Below are positions 21,230-30,078 of a DNA stretch of 64,000 nt, piece after piece. Origin of the DNA: a virus. Below the pieces are notes generated by a model. The model saw only the letters and a list, made by a program, of their open reading frames with translations, did not search any database and was not told where the DNA came from. The translations under genes and the position numbers were made by a program. How positions within the stretch are numbered: the first letter of the stretch is position 1; each line of letters opens with the position of its first letter. The DNA lies in the IMG/VR virus record IMGVR_UViG_3300046323_000234; one strand, written 5' to 3'.

Positions 21230-22003
21230 ATGGAAAAGGCAGCATATACAAATATATTAAAACCAAGTCATTTACCACAGGTAACTGCACCATATTCATA
21301 TGTTGTTAATGGGTTAAAATCCAACAATATACCATCAAAGATGTTGAATTTACCAATTGCTGGTGTTAAGCCAATGCAAAAATTTATCAATTCAGATAGT
21401 GTTTCATTCTTTTTGGATAAGATAAAAGACAATGAGGTTTTAAAACCAATATACGTTTCCAAAGATAATGAAATTATTGATGGACATCATAGATATGCTG
21501 GAGCAGCATTAGATAATCCAAACGGAACAATAATGGTTATTAGGTTAGATACTGACTATGACAATAGTGTTCGTTCATTAAACAAGATTCAAGATATCTA
21601 TACACACGAAAGTGGAAAGAAAGAAGAAGAATGTACTGATTGTGAGAATGAATCAAATCCAAATACCCCAAACCAAAAAGTGATTATTGGATATAGGAAT
21701 AAACCAATGGTTGAGAATAGTAAATCAGGTAATTTCTTTAACATTAAAGACACTGAAGATAAAAAATTCCCATATAAATACGAAATTGAATTTGATAACA
21801 TATTGGAATTGGATCAAAGCTATGAGAATGAAAATGTAAAGAAGATTTGTTCGGAGTGGCATGATATGCAGAAGATAAATGAAACATCGGTAAATAAATC
21901 ATTACCATTTGATGTTTTGGTTTCAAGAATGGTTGTTGAAAGGGCAAAGAAGATGGGTTATGATGGGATTAAATACGGAGAAAAATATATACAAACTTTA
22001 TAA
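21230..22003 (+). CDS. ParB-like N-terminal domain + possible ADP-ribosyltransferase-like C-terminal domain
   Basis: PIYVSKDNEIIDGHHRY; C-terminal GYR...GNFF...GYDGIKY. Confidence 0.55.
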   Translation: MEKAAYTNILKPSHLPQVTAPYSYVVNGLKSNNIPSKMLNLPIAGVKPMQKFINSDSVSFFLDKIKDNEVLKPIYVSKDNEIIDGHHRYAGAALDNPNGTIMVIRLDTDYDNSVRSLNKIQDIYTHESGKKEEECTDCENESNPNTPNQKVIIGYRNKPMVENSKSGNFFNIKDTEDKKFPYKYEIEFDNILELDQSYENENVKKICSEWHDMQKINETSVNKSLPFDVLVSRMVVERAKKMGYDGIKYGEKYIQTL

Positions 22004-22005
22004 TA

Positions 22006-22452
22006 ATGGCATTTAAAATTAAAAATATAACAAACACATTAAACGGTAAACATCCATCGTTTAATACCACTATTGATGTTAAATATAACATTAAATTTAG
22101 GTGGTACACACAAAAGATTAGACCTGATCAAGAAACAATTTTAGCAGTTAATGATTTACCATTAGAATTGCATAAATTAAGAATTAAAGGTTTAATAAAC
22201 GTTATTCAGATCAGTGATAACGAATATGAGCAAACCAAACTAAAAAGTGAACGTTTTCTATATGGTGATACCAGAAAGAAAGTTGAAACCAAAATGGTTG
22301 ATTCACCAATCCAAAAATCGTCTGAATCGGTTGATTTTATGGAAGCTGTCAAAGAATATGTTAAGCATGAAAATGAATTAGCACAAGTTGAAGATAGTTT
22401 ACCAGAATTAGAGGCTGATAGTACAAAATCAAAGAAAAAGAAAACAGAGTAA
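22006..22452 (+). CDS. Hypothetical protein
   Basis: 148 aa ORF, operonic. Confidence 0.5.
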   Translation: MAFKIKNITNTLNGKHPSFNTTIDVKYNIKFRWYTQKIRPDQETILAVNDLPLELHKLRIKGLINVIQISDNEYEQTKLKSERFLYGDTRKKVETKMVDSPIQKSSESVDFMEAVKEYVKHENELAQVEDSLPELEADSTKSKKKKTE

Positions 22453-22455
22453 TAT

Positions 22456-22800
22456 ATGAAGACCAAGACTGGAAAAAGTAGAATGTTCCAATTAATGGAA
22501 AACATTGATCCATCATTCAAAAACAAAAAGAAATTAAATGAAAATAAAGATGATTTGATTGGTTATGATATTCCAGAATGGGCAGTATCAGCATTAATTA
22601 ATGGTGATGATAGTGGATTATCGGATGAAGATATTCAAAAATTAAATAAATTTGAGCAAGAAGTTGTATCACAATATGGTAATGCACATTTCATGGCTGG
22701 TGATATGGAGAGTGAAGATAATTTAGGATTCATGCGTAGTAACGATATCGACAATTTAGGTTCAAACGTTTACAGATTATATATAGATCCGAGAAAATAA
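22456..22800 (+). CDS. Hypothetical protein (DUF6926-like)
   Basis: YDIPEWAVSALINGDDSGLSDED motif after a basic leader ending LNE. Confidence 0.5.
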   Translation: MKTKTGKSRMFQLMENIDPSFKNKKKLNENKDDLIGYDIPEWAVSALINGDDSGLSDEDIQKLNKFEQEVVSQYGNAHFMAGDMESEDNLGFMRSNDIDNLGSNVYRLYIDPRK

Positions 22801-22876
22801 AAATATTTTATTATTTTTTATAAAATTTTATATTTTTTTATAAATACTAACTATTTATATAAAAGTATATAAATTT

Positions 22877-24223
22877 ATGTCAAAACTAAAAGTTTTATTT
22901 CATACAACAGATGAGGCTGGTGTAAAATATTTCAGAATATTAATGCCAGCATTACAATTACAAAATGATTATTCGGATGATTTTGAAGTTGAATTAAATC
23001 ACACACCAGAGTTAAATGATTTTGAATATTTAAGAAAATTCAACATCATACATTTCCATAGACAATTTTTGAATGATATTGTTAAGCAACGTGAATTGTT
23101 TGATAAATTAAAAAAAGAGGGTGTTAAACTTGTTGCTGATATTGATGATTATTGGGAATTGGATAAGACACATCCATACCATGCAATTTCTTTGCAAGAA
23201 AGAATGCCTGAGAGGGTAATTCAGTCATTGAAGATGGCCGATTTTGTAACAACAACTACTGAATTGTTTGCTGAACAAATCCGAAAACATAATAAAAATG
23301 TAGTGGTATTGTTTAATAGTGTCAATCCCGAATTGATGCCACAATTTAAGGACAATAGAAAAAAAGATTCAGATAAGTTAAGATTAATATATAGTGCTGG
23401 ATCAAGCCACTTAAATGATGTACATCAATTGGATGGTATGTCAAATATTCTACAATCTGATGAGCAAGTTAAGGATAAAATAAAATATATGCTTGCTGGT
23501 TGGGATATTAGAGGGAATACAACAACCTATAACATCAATCCACAATTGCCCGATGTATTGCAGAAGGTTGGTTTATGGACACAACAATTTATAGCTAAAT
23601 TTAATAAAGCTGGTGGTAATTTGGATTTAATTCCAGAAGTTCCACAACAAATTAAAGATGCTTTTAGAAATCAATCTATAAATCAAGAAACTAGACCAAT
23701 TAAACCAGAAGAATCAGTATATTTACAATATGAACATATTATGACAGATAATCATAAGATTATAACTGATAAATCATATTTACAATATTTGAATAAGTTT
23801 GGACAAGAGAAATATCATAGTGATGATGTACAACCATATGTAAGAAGATGGACAAGGCCAGCTAACGTATATGCTAACGTATTGAATGAAGCTGACGTAT
23901 CATTAGCACCATTGGCTGATAATATGTTTAACCGCATGAAAAGCTCGCTCAAGCAGATTGAAGTTTGGACTAGAAAGTTACCAATTATTTGTAGTGATAT
24001 TCCACCATATAATGTGGATGGACATCATATGAAAAACTGTATTTTAATTCCAGTTGGTAAAAATTCTGGAAAAGAATGGGCAAAGGCTGTTAAGAAATTA
24101 ATATTAAATCCAGCACTTGGTGAAGATTTGGGTAACCAGATGCATGAAGACTTTAAGGAGAAATATAATTTAATTCATGTAACCAAAACAAGATCAGAGT
24201 TTTATAAATCAATTACAAAATAA
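22877..24223 (+). CDS. GT-B glycosyltransferase
   Basis: GVKYFRILMP, DIDDYW, ADFVTTTT, ADVSLAPLADNMFNRMKSSLKQIE, PIICSD. Confidence 0.8.
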   Translation: MSKLKVLFHTTDEAGVKYFRILMPALQLQNDYSDDFEVELNHTPELNDFEYLRKFNIIHFHRQFLNDIVKQRELFDKLKKEGVKLVADIDDYWELDKTHPYHAISLQERMPERVIQSLKMADFVTTTTELFAEQIRKHNKNVVVLFNSVNPELMPQFKDNRKKDSDKLRLIYSAGSSHLNDVHQLDGMSNILQSDEQVKDKIKYMLAGWDIRGNTTTYNINPQLPDVLQKVGLWTQQFIAKFNKAGGNLDLIPEVPQQIKDAFRNQSINQETRPIKPEESVYLQYEHIMTDNHKIITDKSYLQYLNKFGQEKYHSDDVQPYVRRWTRPANVYANVLNEADVSLAPLADNMFNRMKSSLKQIEVWTRKLPIICSDIPPYNVDGHHMKNCILIPVGKNSGKEWAKAVKKLILNPALGEDLGNQMHEDFKEKYNLIHVTKTRSEFYKSITK

Positions 24224-24251
24224 TCAATAACTATTTATAAAAAATAATAAA

Positions 24252-24404
24252 ATGGATCAAAAACGAATCGATAAAATAAAAAGAGAATTTAAATATTTTG
24301 AATTGGATATTAAATGTGGTATTCTAATTCTTTTGATTGATATTGCTGACATTTTTGATTCATTTAAATTATTTATAACAGATTATATAATTAATGTCAA
24401 ATAG
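24252..24404 (+). CDS. Small hypothetical protein (50 aa, MDQKRIDKIK...)
   Basis: Translated by hand; late motif ends 12 nt upstream of the ATG. Confidence 0.4.
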   Translation: MDQKRIDKIKREFKYFELDIKCGILILLIDIADIFDSFKLFITDYIINVK

Positions 24405-25194
24405 TAATAATATCTCAAATGAAGATGAAAAGAAATTCCTAAAGGTTTGGGAATTTCTACCAAAAGATGTAAAAGATTTCTTTAGTTCAATAGCAATATC
24501 AGTATCAATGGGATTGAGTAATGTTGAAAAGGAAATCTTTTCACAAGATAATGGCACTGATACTGGTAACCATATGCAGCAAAACAATAGTGTTGCAAAA
24601 GATTTTCTACAAAATCTAAAAGGTGGTGTTAGAGATGAACAATATATTAAATATTTTTATGAGGTTTTACAAAAGGCTGATAACTATATCCAAAATAGTG
24701 ATAGCAATAAACTAAATGAAGCTAGGATTAAATATGGAATGATTGATGAAGGTGATAATTCATTTGAATTTGGAACAAAAAATCATACAGTAAAAGAAAA
24801 GGATGAAAATATTGAAATAGTATTTAAAAACTCATATACTGTTAGAAACCAATATGAAGTATTTATGGGAGCACCAGAAATAAGAGTATATATGCTGAAT
24901 GTAAACGGTGCTGTAAATAGATACTATACATTAGGTGAATATACTGAATATTTAGAGGTTATTAAAACATCTAATCATAATCGCAAACTTAGATTCTTTG
25001 TGCCAAAGACTTTTGGATTTGATGGAAAGAACTTTACCATGATGGATGATTTTGTTGATTGTAAATATGTTTCATTCACCAATCAAAACGGAATGAAGTA
25101 TTATTATAATGTTGATAGCTTTGTTAATATAGAATCCAATGAACTATATTATATATTATCTTTTAATGGTAATAAATTGGATGTTCAATATTAA
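24394..25194 (+). CDS. Hypothetical protein
   Basis: 266 aa ORF. Confidence 0.55.
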   Translation: MSNSNNISNEDEKKFLKVWEFLPKDVKDFFSSIAISVSMGLSNVEKEIFSQDNGTDTGNHMQQNNSVAKDFLQNLKGGVRDEQYIKYFYEVLQKADNYIQNSDSNKLNEARIKYGMIDEGDNSFEFGTKNHTVKEKDENIEIVFKNSYTVRNQYEVFMGAPEIRVYMLNVNGAVNRYYTLGEYTEYLEVIKTSNHNRKLRFFVPKTFGFDGKNFTMMDDFVDCKYVSFTNQNGMKYYYNVDSFVNIESNELYYILSFNGNKLDVQY

Positions 25195-25258
25195 AAATTT
25201 GCATTATTGGATTTGATTGGTTAATATTGTTTTTAATTTAAAACAAAATATAACAATT

Positions 25259-25696
25259 ATGGCAAAGCAGTATGAATCACCCGAAAAGGAAACATTAAAA
25301 TCATTCAATCACATCTATGATAAAACAAATCTTGATAATTTTATTAAGGTAACGGTATTGGTTGATAACTCACAAAAGGAAATTTATAAAGTAGTAAAAG
25401 AAAATGATCTACATAAATATCTTGGAGGATTTGATGTTGTAATTATTTTAAATGAAGAACTATTTGATGTTCTTGATGAAAAACAAAAAGAACAAGTATT
25501 TGATGAAGCACTATGTGGAATCTCATATAATGATGAGCGTGGTGTAGTTAAAATCACACAACCAGATTTCACAACCTTTAGAGGTATTATTGAAAAATAT
25601 GGTTATGATGAAGTGATTAGATTACAAGATAGTATTAAAATAGCCACACAACAAAATGATGAAAAAGAATTAGAAATGAACCATATTACCCAATAA
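25259..25696 (+). CDS. Putative phage metallopeptidase-like protein with degenerate HExxH
   Basis: DVVIILNEELFDVLDEKQKEQVFDEAL..I..PDF..F.GIIEKYG; DEALC replaces HELxH. Confidence 0.45.
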   Translation: MAKQYESPEKETLKSFNHIYDKTNLDNFIKVTVLVDNSQKEIYKVVKENDLHKYLGGFDVVIILNEELFDVLDEKQKEQVFDEALCGISYNDERGVVKITQPDFTTFRGIIEKYGYDEVIRLQDSIKIATQQNDEKELEMNHITQ

Positions 25697-25725
25697 TATT
25701 AAAATAATTCTATTTTAAACCACTA

Positions 25726-25758
25726 AAATCCAATAAATTAAATTTTGTTGGATTTTTT
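25726..25758 (+). terminator. Probable intrinsic terminator
   Basis: AAAATCCAA...TTGGATTTTTT hairpin after stop. Confidence 0.6.
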
Positions 25759-25816
25759 ATTTAATAATTTGCTTTAATTAACAATTAATCTGATTTTTGT
25801 TAAAACAATTAATAAA

Positions 25817-26068
25817 ATGAAAAAATACACATTTGTTGAATTTATTGCAGCTCACGAATCTGACGACTTTGATAACATTGATCAATCTTCTTTGGATTGG
25901 GCAAAAAGTTTTATATCTTATTATCCAATGTTATTGGAAACAGAATATCATTCAGGAGACTGTACAAACCAAATCCATAGTTGTCCCTTGTGTGTTCTAG
26001 AAACATATTTGGCTGACTATAGAAAATATAATTTTGACGAGGCCGAGTGGCGATATAACAACTTATAA
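25817..26068 (+). CDS. Small His/Cys metal-binding protein
   Basis: HSGDC...CPLC. Confidence 0.5.
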   Translation: MKKYTFVEFIAAHESDDFDNIDQSSLDWAKSFISYYPMLLETEYHSGDCTNQIHSCPLCVLETYLADYRKYNFDEAEWRYNNL

Positions 26069-26080
26069 TTCAATGTTACA

Positions 26081-26533
26081 ATGACCAAAAAAAATATTAA
26101 AAGATTACCAAATTATGTGATGATGGGAAATACTGCATTTAGATTGGTGTTGACCGATAATTTATTTGAATATTATCGAGATGGTGGTTGTTGGGGAATA
26201 AAAGCTAAATGGATTAATAATGAACTATATTCAGTAAATATGTATGGTCGTGATATGAAACATTTGGGTGGTAATAAATTAACTGAATGTACATTTGAGG
26301 TATGGAAAGAAAATAATGGTCAATATGCTTCTGGGATTAAAGACAAATCCAAAAGCGAATATGTTTTATTGATTGAGGAAAGAATATTAGAATATAATAA
26401 ACTATTAAATGTAACCAAACAAGGAATGGATTATTATACATTAAATGGAAAAATTGTTGATGTTCTACAAGAATTGTTAAGTGATATTCTTTATATTGAA
26501 AACGAAAAAACGGATAATGATATCCCATTTTAA
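26081..26533 (+). CDS. Hypothetical protein with SSB-like acidic tail (DNDIPF)
   Basis: 150 aa ORF ending DNDIPF. Confidence 0.5.
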   Translation: MTKKNIKRLPNYVMMGNTAFRLVLTDNLFEYYRDGGCWGIKAKWINNELYSVNMYGRDMKHLGGNKLTECTFEVWKENNGQYASGIKDKSKSEYVLLIEERILEYNKLLNVTKQGMDYYTLNGKIVDVLQELLSDILYIENEKTDNDIPF

Positions 26534-26544
26534 TAATAATAATT

Positions 26545-26760
26545 ATGTCAAAGAAACTAAAAACGCTAGAAGAAAATAATGCTCAAGCATTTCAATTCAG
26601 CAATCAATTTTCAAATGCACCACAACCTAATGGTGTTGAATGCCCACAATGCAAAAGTGAGTTATTGGATTCAAATCCAATGATGACTTTAACATCAATT
26701 CCAGCAAAAAAAAATATACATTGCAATCAGTGTGATTATGTTGGATATAGATTTGTTTAA
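26545..26760 (+). CDS. Zinc-ribbon protein
   Basis: CPQC...CNQC. Confidence 0.6.
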   Translation: MSKKLKTLEENNAQAFQFSNQFSNAPQPNGVECPQCKSELLDSNPMMTLTSIPAKKNIHCNQCDYVGYRFV

Positions 26761-26777
26761 TTAATATTATAAAAATA

Positions 26778-27590
26778 ATGAGCAATAAGATAGATGGTGG
26801 TGGACTTCGTTATAACGAAGGTAAATTAAGATATGATTTAATTCCCAATTTTGCTGAAAAAGAATTTGTTAAGGTTTTGACTTATGGTGCAAATAAGTAT
26901 GCACCTAACAATTGGAAAAGGGGTATGGATTGGAGTAAGGTACTTGCTTCATTAAAAAGACATATAGCAGCATTTGAAAATGGGGAGGATTTTGATCCTG
27001 AGACTTTTTCACATCACATGGCACACGTTATGTGTAATGCAGCATTTTTGGTTGAATACAGCAAGATATATCCACAAGGTGATAATAGACATCATAAGTA
27101 TTTAAAAATGCCCAAGATTGGACTTGATATTGATGAAGTCCTAGCGGATTGGGTTGGTCATTGGTCAAAGCATCATAAACAAGAAGTTCCAGAAACATGG
27201 AATTTTGATAGAGATATAAAATCCAAATTTGATTCATTAAAAGATGATAAGGAATTTTGGTTATCTATACCAGTTAAAACAAATCCAAACGAAATTCATT
27301 TTGAACCGCACTGCTACATCACATCAAGATCAATTCCAAAAGAGTGGACTGAAGAATGGCTCGATAAAAATGGATTTCCAACCATGCCAGTATATTGTGT
27401 TGGATTCGAACAAAGCAAGGTTGATATAGCAAAACAATCTGGGATTGACATTTTTGTTGATGATAGATTTGAAAACTTTGTTGAATTAAATAATGCAGGT
27501 ATCTGCTGTTATTTGTTTGATGCACCACATAATCAAAGATATAATGTGGGTTATAAAAGAATTAAATCATTATCAGAATTGTTTAATTAA
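26778..27590 (+). CDS. dATP/dGTP diphosphohydrolase (DUF5664-like) fused to HAD 5'-nucleotidase
   Basis: RYNEGKLRYDLIP..VLTYGANKY..NW..G..SLKRH..DPET..HHMAH; then DIDEVLAD and FVDDR HAD motifs. Confidence 0.8.
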   Translation: MSNKIDGGGLRYNEGKLRYDLIPNFAEKEFVKVLTYGANKYAPNNWKRGMDWSKVLASLKRHIAAFENGEDFDPETFSHHMAHVMCNAAFLVEYSKIYPQGDNRHHKYLKMPKIGLDIDEVLADWVGHWSKHHKQEVPETWNFDRDIKSKFDSLKDDKEFWLSIPVKTNPNEIHFEPHCYITSRSIPKEWTEEWLDKNGFPTMPVYCVGFEQSKVDIAKQSGIDIFVDDRFENFVELNNAGICCYLFDAPHNQRYNVGYKRIKSLSELFN

Positions 27591-27596
27591 TATAGT

Positions 27597-28142
27597 ATGT
27601 TAAGCAAATACATAACCAACATATACAAAGAGTATATTAATCCAGCACTATTAGGTGATGAATTATTATATTCAGAACTAATTAAAAATCTATATTTGGA
27701 TTTATGGAACAATTGTACACATATTGGAAAAAATAAATCGGATCTAGATAGATTGTTTTATGTAAAGGATAATATCATATGGTTTCAAATTTATTATCAT
27801 AAATCAGATAATTTAAACTACATATACATATATAAAGAGCCGTATGATATATTATTAAATCACGGACTACAATATAAAGAAATAAAACAATTATTTGATC
27901 AAATATTCCCATCGGATAATATACCGAAGATTGTATTGGATACGATAGATGAAATAAATCCAGCAAATATTCAATCTGATAATATCAATGAAAATATATT
28001 ACTGAATAATGCGAATGGTGGGGTCGGTTTCTCGTCCTACTACTGCGCTTTTCGGGATTCGTACTCGTTTACGGGTGGCCGTCTTTCGATTTTACGAGAA
28101 TACGAATCCCTGCAAAGCAGGGCGAATAACGTTAAGATTTAA
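27597..28142 (+). CDS. MLCxYINxIY-family protein with DGR-like variable region at C-terminus
   Basis: Family N-terminus MLSKYITNIY..DELLY; C-terminal GGVGFSSYYCAFRDSYSFTGGRL encoded by an A-poor, GC-rich segment. Confidence 0.65.
   Translation: MLSKYITNIYKEYINPALLGDELLYSELIKNLYLDLWNNCTHIGKNKSDLDRLFYVKDNIIWFQIYYHKSDNLNYIYIYKEPYDILLNHGLQYKEIKQLFDQIFPSDNIPKIVLDTIDEINPANIQSDNINENILLNNANGGVGFSSYYCAFRDSYSFTGGRLSILREYESLQSRANNVKI
28005..28122 (+). other. DGR variable repeat (VR)-like segment plus downstream hairpin CCCTGC-AAA-GCAGGG (28108-28122)
   Basis: 28016-28090 has 6 A and 41 G/C in 75 nt; NNY codons alternating with TCG/ACG; perfect 6-bp GC stem with 3-nt loop just downstream. Confidence 0.65.
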
Positions 28143-28144
28143 TT

Positions 28145-28573
28145 ATGAATATGACGATGGTTTCTGATTATATTTTTGATATTTATGTTAACCATATTAT
28201 TGATAATTTAGAAAATAATAGTGAATATAAATATAATAGATTAATAACATTACATATTGAACATTATATTAACAATAGAATTATTTCTATAAATGTTTAC
28301 GAAAATTATCCCAATTCTAAGTTTTACATGTTTTATGATGGTGATATTGGATTTGAACTAATTGACGATAGTACAATATATCTTTCATTTGATTTTGTAG
28401 AACCTACATATTTTTTAACAAAAACATATTATTATAATTGGTCAGAATATGTTGATTATTTTAAGGCGTTATTAAAATATATACCAATTATTTACGTTAC
28501 TTATCACTCAAATATCAGTTCCGTTAGATGGAGACATTGTGGTAAATTAAAATCAACAACATTAATTAAATGA
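28145..28573 (+). CDS. Hypothetical protein, divergent MLCxYINxIY family member
   Basis: MVSDYIFDIYVNHIIDNLENNSEYKY. Confidence 0.5.
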   Translation: MNMTMVSDYIFDIYVNHIIDNLENNSEYKYNRLITLHIEHYINNRIISINVYENYPNSKFYMFYDGDIGFELIDDSTIYLSFDFVEPTYFLTKTYYYNWSEYVDYFKALLKYIPIIYVTYHSNISSVRWRHCGKLKSTTLIK

Positions 28574-29115
28574 TGAATATAAATACAGATGAATTTGATT
28601 ATGATAAATATAACATTAAAATGAATTTTAAAAACAATTTAGATGATCCAAATATTCTTTCACCAGAAATATTGGAAGCGATGGACAATATTTTACTTGT
28701 TTGTCCACATGTAGTCTTTGGTGGTTCAATCGCATTAAATGCTGTTGGTTTACTAAATAGAAAAATTAATGATATTGATGTTTTTGTTTCCAGAGAACAA
28801 AGCGTTTCATATATTGGAATAATGGAAGTTGTTTCAAGCGAACATTCAAATAATAGATTTTCGGAATCGACAACTGATGTTAATGGTGAACAAATCAGAA
28901 GAGTTGGAATGATTTGGAAAAACATTAAAATATGTTGTTTTTCTGTACCCGAAGAACAATTACAACATTCAATTTTTAAATTTAAAAAAAGAGTAATAAG
29001 AATCCAAAATGTTAATAATGCAATACTAGCCAAAAGATCATATGCTGATAGAACAGCAAAACATAAACTAGATTTGGTTCAGATTGAAACTATAATTGAT
29101 GATTTACCATTTTAA
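28570..29115 (+). CDS. Nucleotidyltransferase (Pol beta superfamily)
   Basis: VFGGSIAL....NRKINDIDV (GS..DxD); KHKLD; ends DDLPF. Confidence 0.7.
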   Translation: MMNINTDEFDYDKYNIKMNFKNNLDDPNILSPEILEAMDNILLVCPHVVFGGSIALNAVGLLNRKINDIDVFVSREQSVSYIGIMEVVSSEHSNNRFSESTTDVNGEQIRRVGMIWKNIKICCFSVPEEQLQHSIFKFKKRVIRIQNVNNAILAKRSYADRTAKHKLDLVQIETIIDDLPF

Positions 29116-29120
29116 TTAAT

Positions 29121-29585
29121 ATGCTTTGTAATTACATAAATCAAATATATATTGAACATATTGGGCCAAATCTAATGGCTGATGAATTTACATATAATTA
29201 TTATATTAGAGAACATATTTTGGATTTATGGAATGATTGCACACACATTGCTGAAAAGGTAGTAAGTCCAGATCCAAAGAGTGTTTATTTTTTGAAAAAT
29301 GATACAATTCAGTTTAAGATAACAATTTACTTTGATTCAATATTTATTACTACATATGATGAACCAATATGTTCTTTAAGTATAATTTTTGGATTATCAA
29401 AACAGATAGCGGTTAAATTATTCTTAACTGTAATCCGCACAAATATTCAACACGTGATTCAAAAAACAATTGGTAATGTTAATGTTAATTTTGATCGTAT
29501 AAGAAATTCATATTATGATAGATCATATCTAGAAGATTATAACGTAAGCCTCAATCCAAATTTCATTGTTAAACCAATAGTATAA
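29121..29585 (+). CDS. Hypothetical protein, MLCxYINxIY family
   Basis: MLCNYINQIYIEHIGPNLMADEFTY..LDLWNDCTHI; close to 27597 paralog. Confidence 0.6.
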   Translation: MLCNYINQIYIEHIGPNLMADEFTYNYYIREHILDLWNDCTHIAEKVVSPDPKSVYFLKNDTIQFKITIYFDSIFITTYDEPICSLSIIFGLSKQIAVKLFLTVIRTNIQHVIQKTIGNVNVNFDRIRNSYYDRSYLEDYNVSLNPNFIVKPIV

Positions 29586-29602
29586 AATTTATAATATAAA
29601 TC

Positions 29603-29641
29603 AAATCCCTATTACTTAATTGTGGTAGGGATTTTTTATTT
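29603..29641 (+). terminator. Intrinsic terminator
   Basis: AAATCCCTA...TAGGGATTTTTT. Confidence 0.7.
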
Positions 29642-29669
29642 AGTGCTATTTATATGAAAGAATTTAATA

Positions 29670-30074
29670 ATGAAGAATATAAATATTGCATTTCCTTTTC
29701 AAGATGACAATGAGAAGAACTTTCTATTTAAGACCAATAAGTTATCCAAGGATGCTTTGAGATCTAATTTATATTTATTGTTATTAACTGATCGTGGTGA
29801 GAGATATTACATGCCAGATTATGGTATTAATCTAAAGAAATTCTTTTTTGAGCAGAAGGATGAGAATACATTTCAATCAATCCAAGAAGATTTTAAAAAC
29901 ACAATAAAAAAATACATTCCACAATTGACAATAAATAAAATATTGTTTTACACATTGGAGGATGAGAATGGAACACCAATCAAAGAAAATGAGGTTAGGA
30001 TGCAAGTTGATTTTACATATTCCGAGGATGTGTTTGAAGAAACTGATCAAATAACAATAACAGTTACAACTTAA
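29670..30074 (+). CDS. Baseplate wedge subunit, T4 gp25/GPW-like
   Basis: INIAFPF...NLYLLLLTDRGERYYMPDYG..L...FE. Confidence 0.88.
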   Translation: MKNINIAFPFQDDNEKNFLFKTNKLSKDALRSNLYLLLLTDRGERYYMPDYGINLKKFFFEQKDENTFQSIQEDFKNTIKKYIPQLTINKILFYTLEDENGTPIKENEVRMQVDFTYSEDVFEETDQITITVTT

Positions 30075-30078
30075 AAAA

